Position numbers and translations under genes: made by a program | The notes under the pieces: generated by a model | Databases searched by the model: none | Seen by the model: only the letters and a program-made list of their open reading frames with translations | Told to the model about the DNA's origin: nothing | Origin: an uncultured bacterium | Lineage (GTDB): Bacteria; Acidobacteriota; Thermoanaerobaculia; Multivoradales; JAHZIX01 | Assembly (NCBI GenBank): GCA_965368975.1 | Contig: CBDUPA010000003.1 | Location: 352,001-416,000, forward strand | Direction of reading: 5' to 3' | Length of the DNA: 64,000 bases | Shown: piece by piece, positions 57,468 to 64,000 of the stretch | Numbering within the stretch: the first letter of the stretch is position 1 | Layout: every line of letters starts with the position of its first letter

Positions 57468-60400
57468 TCAAGCCGTCGCTTCGAGTATCACGGGCTCCGG
57501 CTGGACTTCGTCCATCTCGACGGACACCAGCTTCGACACGCCGCGTTCCTCCATGGTCACGCCGTAGAGCGTCGAGGCCGCTTCCATGGTGATCTTGTTG
57601 TGGGTGATCACCAGGAACTGCGTGTCCTGACACATCTCCTGCAACAGCTCGACGAAGCGGACCGTGTTCGGATCATCGAGCGGCGCGTCGACCTCATCGA
57701 GAATGCAGAACGGCGAAGGCTTGGTTTGGAACAGCGCGAACAGCAGCGCGATCGCCGTCAGCGCTTTCTCTCCACCCGACAGCAGCATGATGTTCTGTGG
57801 CCGCTTGCCCGGCGGCCGAGCGGTGATCTCGATGCCGCTCTCGAGCACGTCCTCCTCGTCGAGCAGCGTCATGTCCGCCTCACCGCCGCGGAAGAGACGC
57901 CTGAAGGTCTCGGCGAAGCACTTGTTGACCTCGACGAAAGTCTCACGGAAGCGCTTGCTGCTCTCTGCGTTGATCTCGCGGATCGTCTCCTTGAGCCGGG
58001 CCACCGAGTCCGCGACATCCTTGCGTTGCGTGGTCAGGAAGCCGTGACGCTCCTCCTGCTCCTCGAATTCCTCGACCGCCAGTACGTTCACCGGCCCCAG
58101 CCGTTCCAGCGTCGCCTTGCTGCGCGACAGCTCCGCCTCCAGCTGCGCTAGCTCCTCGGAGGTCGGTACCTCGGGAGCAGGCACCTCGGAACGCGACATC
58201 TCGGCCGGTTCCGTGCTGCCCTTGCCCAGCGGGTTCTCGGGCAGTGCTTCCTCGAACTCGTCCTGGTAGGTGACCGCCAAGTGCTCGAGATCTTGGTTCA
58301 GCGATGCCTGCGTCACGCGCAGCTTCTCCAGGCCATCGCGCAGCTGCTCGCGCTGATGGCGACACGCCTGGATGCGCTCTTCGAGCGTCGAGAGATCGGT
58401 CCGCAGGTCGTCGACCTTTTCCTGCTCGAGGATCACCTGCTCGTCGACCTGCTCGCGCGACTCGAGCGCCTGCTGGAGCTCTTGCTCGGCTTCCTGGCGC
58501 CGGCGCTCGAGGTCCACACGGCGGTGGTCGAGCTTACCGCTCTCCTGCTGCCATAGCTGGTACTGGCGCTCGGCGTCCTCGATCGCGGTTTCGAGCCGCC
58601 GGATCTCCGCGTCTACAGAGTCGAGTCGCTCTTGCAGTACCTCCAAGCGTCCGCGCCGGCCGGCGCTGGCCGTGCGCAGCAGCTCGCGCTGCTCCTTGGC
58701 CGATTCCAGCTCCTGCTGCGCTCGATCGACCGCTGCTTCCAGCTGGCCGTGCCGCTCCTGCATCTGGCGCAGTTCCGCCTCGGTTCCGGCGCGCCGTGTG
58801 GATAGTGTTTCCAGCTCGCTCGTCAGCTTGTCGGCGTCAGCCTGGATCACGCCGCGTTGCTTCTGCAGTCGCTCGTGGCGCCCTTCCTGGTCCTGGCGCC
58901 GGGCCTGCTGCACCGCCTGGTCTTGGCGCAGCTTTGCCAGCTCCTGCTCCAGCGCGTTCTTGCGCTTGGCATGCTGCGCGCGTTCGTCGACCAAGCGCTG
59001 CAGTTCGGACTCGGTCGTCGCCAGGTCGTCCGCCAGCTTCGGCAACTCGTCCTCGATCTGCTGCAACTCACGCTCGCGCTGCAGCACACCTGGCATTTCG
59101 GAATCACCCTCGATCCGCAGCAGCCCCCCCTGGGCCCAGATACCCTCGCGGCTCAAGAAGCAGATGCCCGGATGCGCGCGAGCCAGCCGCTCGGCGTCTG
59201 CCGGCTGCTCGACCAAGAAGGCGGGAGGCAGGGCCTGGGCCAGTTCGGGCGGCAGTTCCAAGGCCTGGGCGAGCGACAGCAGTACCGCAGGGTCAGCCTG
59301 CAGCTCGGGTCCACCCAGAGACTCCCAGGTCTCCGCGTCGACGGTCAGAGGCCGCAGGAGCGTTGCTTCGGCCTCGCCGGAGAGGAAGCGCGCCAGCGTC
59401 ATGACCGCCTCGTCGGTGTCCAGTAGGACCGCCGACGTCAGCTCGCCAAGATAGAAGTCGAGCGCCCGCTCCCAGCCTTCCACCGCCTGCACCCGGTCCT
59501 CCAGGTAGACCGGTTCGTCAATACCGGCACCGGCCAGTGCGCGTTCCAGCTTCGAGCGCCGTTCGGCGTGCGCCTGGCTCAGCTGTTCGAGCACCTTGCG
59601 CCGCTGCCGCCGCTCGGTGATCGCGTCCTGCAAGTCGCGCTGCTTCTCGGTGGTCGCAGCCTCGCGGTCGAGGGTATCTTCGAGCGAGTAGCCCACCTGC
59701 TCCAGCTGCGACGCCGCTTGCTCGATGCCGCGTTCCAGGTCGCTGAGCTGATCCTGGGCCAGCGCTAGTGCCTCGACGGCTTGCGCAAGCTGACCGTCGA
59801 GCTGTTCGAGCTCGTCGTCCAGATGCTGGCGACGGTAGTTACCACGCTCTTGCTCAAGCTGGCCCTGGTGCAGCTTCTTCTGCAGCGCTGTCACTTCGGC
59901 CGCCGCTTTCAAGAGCTCGCCGCGCACGTTGCGTGCCCGCACTTCGCCCTGGTTGAGATCGCGCTCCGCGCCAGCAATCTGCGACTCGTCTTCCTCGACT
60001 GCCGCGGCCGCCTGGTCGCGCTCGCGCAGCAACTCCTGGCGTCGCTCTTGCTGCTCGTCGAGATGCCGGCGGTGGTCTTCTTGGTCCTTCTGCCGCCGCT
60101 CCGCCAGCGCCCGACCACCGGCCGCCCGTTCGGCGATTTCCTGCAGCGTCTGACGCGAACTCTTCAAGAACTCCTGGCGTCCCTGGATCATCGCCGCCAG
60201 ATCCGAGCGCTGCTGATGGCAATTAGCGAGTTGGCGCGACTGCTTGTCCAGCGCCTCGCGACCCGCCGCCAGCGACGCCTCGTCTCGGTGCAGCGCCGCC
60301 GCCAGCTCGGCGTCGTTGCCCGTCGCCTCCGCCAACTGCGCGTGCAGCGCTTCGAGCCGTTGGTGCAAGCGCGCCCAGCGTCCGGAGAGAACCTGGCGCA

Positions 60401-61082
60401 GCAACAGCCGGTACTGTCCCTGCTGCTCCTTGAAGCGCCGTGCCGCGCCTGCCTGTCGCTTGAGCGAGCGCAGCGAGCGCTCGATCTCCGAGATGACGTC
60501 GTCGAGGCGCAGCAAGTTCGCCGTCGCCTCCTCGAGCTTGACCTCCGCCACCCGCTTGCGCGCCTTGTAGCGCGTGATCCCGGCCGCCTCCTCCAGCAAC
60601 TTGCGCCGCTCTTGTGGCTTGCCGGAGAGAATCATGCCGATCTTGCCTTGCTCGATGACGGAGTAGGCGCGGATACCCAGGCCGGTGTCCATCAGCAGTT
60701 CCTTGATCTGCTTCAGGCGCACCGTCTTGCCGTTCAACTTGTACTGGCTCTCGCCGGTGCGGAACACGCGCCGCCCGAGAGTGATACTTCCGTCCTCCGA
60801 CGCCCGCTCGAAGCTCGGATCCGTCTTCAGCGTCAGCGTCACTTCCGCCATGCCCAGCGGCCGGCGTTGGTCCGAGCCATTGAAGATGATGTCCTCCATC
60901 TTGCCGCCACGCAGCGACTTGGCGCTCTGCTCACCGAGCACCCAGGACATACCGTCCGACAGGTTGCTCTTGCCGCAGCCGTTCGGTCCGACGATGGCCG
61001 TAATGCCACCGGCAAACTTGACGTGCACCGGGTCGACGAAAGACTTGAATCCGGAGAGGTCGAGGCGATCGAGTTTCAGCAT
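57468..61082 (-). CDS. smc: Chromosome segregation protein SMC
   Basis: GFKSF, GPNGCGKSN, long coiled coils, LSGGEK and LDEVDAPLD. Start at ATG 61082. Confidence 0.96.
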   Translation of the reverse strand: MLKLDRLDLSGFKSFVDPVHVKFAGGITAIVGPNGCGKSNLSDGMSWVLGEQSAKSLRGGKMEDIIFNGSDQRRPLGMAEVTLTLKTDPSFERASEDGSITLGRRVFRTGESQYKLNGKTVRLKQIKELLMDTGLGIRAYSVIEQGKIGMILSGKPQERRKLLEEAAGITRYKARKRVAEVKLEEATANLLRLDDVISEIERSLRSLKRQAGAARRFKEQQGQYRLLLRQVLSGRWARLHQRLEALHAQLAEATGNDAELAAALHRDEASLAAGREALDKQSRQLANCHQQRSDLAAMIQGRQEFLKSSRQTLQEIAERAAGGRALAERRQKDQEDHRRHLDEQQERRQELLRERDQAAAAVEEDESQIAGAERDLNQGEVRARNVRGELLKAAAEVTALQKKLHQGQLEQERGNYRRQHLDDELEQLDGQLAQAVEALALAQDQLSDLERGIEQAASQLEQVGYSLEDTLDREAATTEKQRDLQDAITERRQRRKVLEQLSQAHAERRSKLERALAGAGIDEPVYLEDRVQAVEGWERALDFYLGELTSAVLLDTDEAVMTLARFLSGEAEATLLRPLTVDAETWESLGGPELQADPAVLLSLAQALELPPELAQALPPAFLVEQPADAERLARAHPGICFLSREGIWAQGGLLRIEGDSEMPGVLQRERELQQIEDELPKLADDLATTESELQRLVDERAQHAKRKNALEQELAKLRQDQAVQQARRQDQEGRHERLQKQRGVIQADADKLTSELETLSTRRAGTEAELRQMQERHGQLEAAVDRAQQELESAKEQRELLRTASAGRRGRLEVLQERLDSVDAEIRRLETAIEDAERQYQLWQQESGKLDHRRVDLERRRQEAEQELQQALESREQVDEQVILEQEKVDDLRTDLSTLEERIQACRHQREQLRDGLEKLRVTQASLNQDLEHLAVTYQDEFEEALPENPLGKGSTEPAEMSRSEVPAPEVPTSEELAQLEAELSRSKATLERLGPVNVLAVEEFEEQEERHGFLTTQRKDVADSVARLKETIREINAESSKRFRETFVEVNKCFAETFRRLFRGGEADMTLLDEEDVLESGIEITARPPGKRPQNIMLLSGGEKALTAIALLFALFQTKPSPFCILDEVDAPLDDPNTVRFVELLQEMCQDTQFLVITHNKITMEAASTLYGVTMEERGVSKLVSVEMDEVQPEPVILEATA

Positions 61083-61203
61083 CCGGCTATCAGATTCCTG
61101 CTGTCCGTTCAGGGCCGTGCAGGGTCGAAATGCAGGCCAATAAGAGTCCGTGTGACGACGACATGACGAAGCGGCGCAAAGGATAGCAAAGCTTCGATGG
61201 GGC

Positions 61204-61248
61204 CACAAGAGATTGTGGTGAGTGTGCAGAGAGGCGCTAGATGTGGGG
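61204..61248. promoter_or_regulatory. Tandem NrdR-box-like palindromes upstream of smc
   Basis: CACAAGAGATTGTG (61204-61217) and CGCTAGATGTGGGG (61235-61248), 31 bp apart. Confidence 0.5.
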
Positions 61249-61896
61249 TGTGTCCCCCCGAAGTCGCCGCAGATAGAAGAACGCCCACAGCACCAGCGGC
61301 CAGGCCAGCTTCACCGGTAGATCCAGCACGTGCTTTCCCAGTCCGAAGAGATTCTGCGCGAACGCGGAATAGTTCTCTACGCTCCATGCACCGAGCTGCG
61401 TCGCGTAGACGAACTGCACCCAGAAGAAGAACAGCAGAACGTGGAAGAACACGCTTACCAGCAAGGCGTAGCCAAGATTGGTCCCGCGCTGGCTCAGCGG
61501 TACTCCCGGCACCGCCAGGAACATGGCGATCATCAGGATCAGGTGATAGTGCAGGTCCGTCGTGCGGATGGTGTAGAGAATCCCGCGGCTGGGCGGGAAG
61601 TCCCGCCGCGACACCGCCGCCGTGTGCTTCGGATCGTTGGGATGTGGATTGAGGTCCGTGACGTTCGGGCTCTCGACCACGTGCAGCAGATTGTTCGTCG
61701 CCGTGGTCAGGAAATGGTTGTAGAAGCCGGTAATCAAGAGCCAGGCTACCACCGCCGGCAACAGCCACAGCAGCACATTGCGTACAAAGCGCCGTGCGTC
61801 AAAGCCGAGCGGCGACTCTGCTTGCACTGGTTGAGCCCGCGCCGTGTGAACCTTGGTGCCCTTCTTCGCCTTCGGCGCAGAGCCCTTCTTGCTCAT
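61237..61896 (-). CDS. Exosortase H-associated membrane protein
   Basis: Start MSKKGS at 61896 overlaps the exosortase stop. About 4-5 TM segments. Position is typical of the XrtH partner. Confidence 0.7.
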   Translation of the reverse strand: MSKKGSAPKAKKGTKVHTARAQPVQAESPLGFDARRFVRNVLLWLLPAVVAWLLITGFYNHFLTTATNNLLHVVESPNVTDLNPHPNDPKHTAAVSRRDFPPSRGILYTIRTTDLHYHLILMIAMFLAVPGVPLSQRGTNLGYALLVSVFFHVLLFFFWVQFVYATQLGAWSVENYSAFAQNLFGLGKHVLDLPVKLAWPLVLWAFFYLRRLRGDTPHI

Positions 61897-62519
61897 GCCT
61901 GCGCGTCCTCGGAGCCGTCCGAGCCCGCGGGGGTGTTTTCTGCGGAGATGTCTCCTGCGGGAGTGTCTACCGTAGCGGTGCCTGCTGTGTCGGTCCGTGG
62001 TTTGGCAAAGCGATCCGCCCACACGATCCATAGCAGCACACCGAACGCCACCACCACGGTCTGCCAAACCACTGTGTGCGAGGCGTCGAAGAACGACGGG
62101 TAGTACGCCCCGGTCAAGAACAACGCCACCACCCGGACCAGATTCACCCCCTGAATCGCCGCCATGCCGAACACGAACCCAAGTGCCCGTGCCCGCCACG
62201 ACGCCGGAAATGCCAGCACCGCCGCGCCGAAGATCAGCATCGTCTCGACCCCGTTGCAACCATTGCGGATGTTCACCGCGAAGGCGTCATTGCGCAGGAT
62301 CGTCCCGTCCTTGGTGATCCCCTGGCCGATGAGGTTGAGCGCGATGCCGCTGGCGTGGGCGACCCAGCCGGTGAAGGGCTCGATGACGTTGTCGTTGACC
62401 CAGGTCAGCGAGATCAGGGTGAAGCTACCGCCCAGGAGGACGAGGAAGATGGCGAGGAAGGTGAGCTCCTGGCGGTAGGTCTTCCAGAAGGGGGTCTTTT
62501 CGGTGGGTTTGTCGGCCAT
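61893..62519 (-). CDS. xrtH: Exosortase H (IPTLxxWG-CTERM-specific family)
   Basis: Catalytic triad motifs IRNGCNGVE, NLVRVVALF and HTVVWQ, plus AAVLAFPASW. Short single-domain length. Confidence 0.85.
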   Translation of the reverse strand: MADKPTEKTPFWKTYRQELTFLAIFLVLLGGSFTLISLTWVNDNVIEPFTGWVAHASGIALNLIGQGITKDGTILRNDAFAVNIRNGCNGVETMLIFGAAVLAFPASWRARALGFVFGMAAIQGVNLVRVVALFLTGAYYPSFFDASHTVVWQTVVVAFGVLLWIVWADRFAKPRTDTAGTATVDTPAGDISAENTPAGSDGSEDAQA

Positions 62520-62674
62520 GGGCGAGATTGTACCTGACGCTCGCTCAAACACCTCGGAAGTTCCACCTCAGCCACACATGTCTGTAACATCGTCTCCCTA
62601 GACTCAGCTTGGACGCCAGTCCCTCCGCCCGAGGGGAGGGCCTGATTTGCTATCGCATCGAAGGAGAGGAAATC

Positions 62675-64000
62675 ATGAACGCATTGTGCCGCCAGGCTGT
62701 GGGCCTGGCTCTGTGGACCCTGTGTGTCGGTATGAGTGTGACACCGGCACTGTCCCAGTCCGTAGTGATCAACGAGATCGCCTGGATGGGAACGACGAGC
62801 AGCAGCAACGACGAGTGGATCGAGCTGCACAACGCTTCAGCCGGTAACATCGACGTCACCGGCTGGACGCTGGCCAGCACCGACGGCACGCCGTCGATCA
62901 CGCTGAGTGGCATCATTCCGGCGCACGGCTACTTCCTGCTGGAACGCACCGACGACACTTCCGCCCCCGGCGTCGCCGCTGACCAGATTTACACTGGAGC
63001 GCTGTCCAACAGTGGAGAAGTGCTGCAATTGAAGGACTTGTTCCTGACCGTGGTCGATTCGGTGGACGCCTGGCACGCGGGTGACAATTCGACCAAGGCG
63101 TCGATGTCGCGCATTTCGAGTCTGACCAGCGGTACGACGGCGTCGAACTGGGAGAGCGGGACGCTCGGGTACGGCTCCGGCGCTGGTTTCGGCACACCCG
63201 GATCGACCAACGGCGACGTGCTGATTTCCGAGATCGCCTGGATGGGCACGACCTACTCGAGCAGCGACGAGTGGCTCGAGCTGTTCAACCCGACGCTCTC
63301 GGCGGTCGACGTCACGGGCTGGACTCTGGCCGCGACCGACGGCACGCCGTCGATCGTGCTCTTGGGCACCATCCCGGCGGGTGGTTCCTTCCTGCTCGAG
63401 CGCACGGACGACACCTCGGTCCCCGGCGTTGTCGCGGATCAGATCTACACCGGGGCACTGTCGAACAGCGGGGAAGTCCTGGAGCTGCGTGACGGCGGCG
63501 GCACGTTGATCGACCTCGTCGACGCCTGGCACGCGGGCGACAACTCGACCAAGGCGACGATGAGTCGTACAACGTCCACGGGCGCCGGCAACGATCCGGC
63601 GAGCTGGTCGGATGGCAGTGCCACGTATGACGGCGGTCTCGGTACGCCGGCCGGTACCTCGTCCGGCGGTGGATCGGGAACCGGCTCGACGCACACGGAC
63701 AGCTGGTACGACGTCTATTTCTCGAATCACTACAGCACCGTACTTCCGGGCGCCACCGGGCCGAGTACCACGGCGCAGGCGCTGATCGACCAGATCGACG
63801 CGGCGACCACGAGCATCGACTTCGCGCTCTACGGCGTCGGTGGTTCGCAGCAGGTGATCGACGCGCTGGTCGCGGCACAGAACCGTGGTGTGACGGTGCG
63901 CGGCGTGATGGACACCAGTTCTACCGGTTGGTACGCCTACCGCGACAGCGAGACGCTGATCAACGCGCTGGCGCCTGGCAGTATCGTCACCGACAACGAT
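62675..64000 (+). CDS. Secreted protein with two lamin-tail domains followed by a phospholipase D-like domain (runs off window)
   Basis: Not in ORF track. GGAGAGG RBS and signal peptide. Two copies of V.I.EIAWMGT..DEW.EL.N..GALSNSGE..GTP, then DVYFS..LIDQIDAATTSIDFALY..ALVAAQNRGVTVR. Confidence 0.88.
   Translation, partial: MNALCRQAVGLALWTLCVGMSVTPALSQSVVINEIAWMGTTSSSNDEWIELHNASAGNIDVTGWTLASTDGTPSITLSGIIPAHGYFLLERTDDTSAPGVAADQIYTGALSNSGEVLQLKDLFLTVVDSVDAWHAGDNSTKASMSRISSLTSGTTASNWESGTLGYGSGAGFGTPGSTNGDVLISEIAWMGTTYSSSDEWLELFNPTLSAVDVTGWTLAATDGTPSIVLLGTIPAGGSFLLERTDDTSVPGVVADQIYTGALSNSGEVLELRDGGGTLIDLVDAWHAGDNSTKATMSRTTSTGAGNDPASWSDGSATYDGGLGTPAGTSSGGGSGTGSTHTDSWYDVYFSNHYSTVLPGATGPSTTAQALIDQIDAATTSIDFALYGVGGSQQVIDALVAAQNRGVTVRGVMDTSSTGWYAYRDSETLINALAPGSIVTDND
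62762..63655 (+). repeat. Internal domain duplication (2 x about 456 bp)
   Basis: GAGATCGCCTGGATGGG, ACCGACGGCACGCCGTCGATC and GACGCCTGGCACGCGGG each occur twice, 456 bp apart. Confidence 0.88.

Noticed and set aside
59100-59500. SMC hinge lacking the canonical GX6GX3GG motif
   Set aside because: Divergent hinges occur in other bacterial SMCs, and the head motifs are intact. Not enough to claim novelty.
61897-62259. N-terminal 121 aa of ORF 61237-62259
   Set aside because: Overlaps xrtH in another frame. The real start is ATG 61896, coupled to the xrtH stop.

Overview
High-GC bacterial chromosomal window. The gene content and order (RomR-like regulator-valS-birA-coaX, exosortase H, HEAT-cyclophilin lipoprotein, Thr-type sulfatase) suggest Acidobacteriota/Thermoanaerobaculia or a deltaproteobacteria-like lineage, which is an inference. 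It holds about 44 genes. Acyl-CoA metabolism is represented by an acyl-CoA dehydrogenase and IcmF. There is also a triad of exported amidohydrolases, a surface-glycosylation module and a molybdopterin enzyme. Housekeeping genes are valS, birA, coaX, comEC, miaA, hfq and smc. An L-2,3-diaminopropionate (SbnA/SbnB) operon carries a peptide exporter but has no NRPS in the window. A sigma54 two-component system sits directly upstream of a fimU-pilV-pilW-pilX-pilY1 type IV pilus cluster that has a clear -24/-12 promoter. The window ends with an exosortase H pair and a truncated lamin-tail/PLD surface protein. Signals missed by the ORF track include an orphan, apparently frameshifted lanthipeptide-like RiPP precursor (21062-21207), tandem NrdR-like boxes upstream of smc, and many short tandem repeats. 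I saw no rRNA, tRNA, CRISPR array or mobile element.
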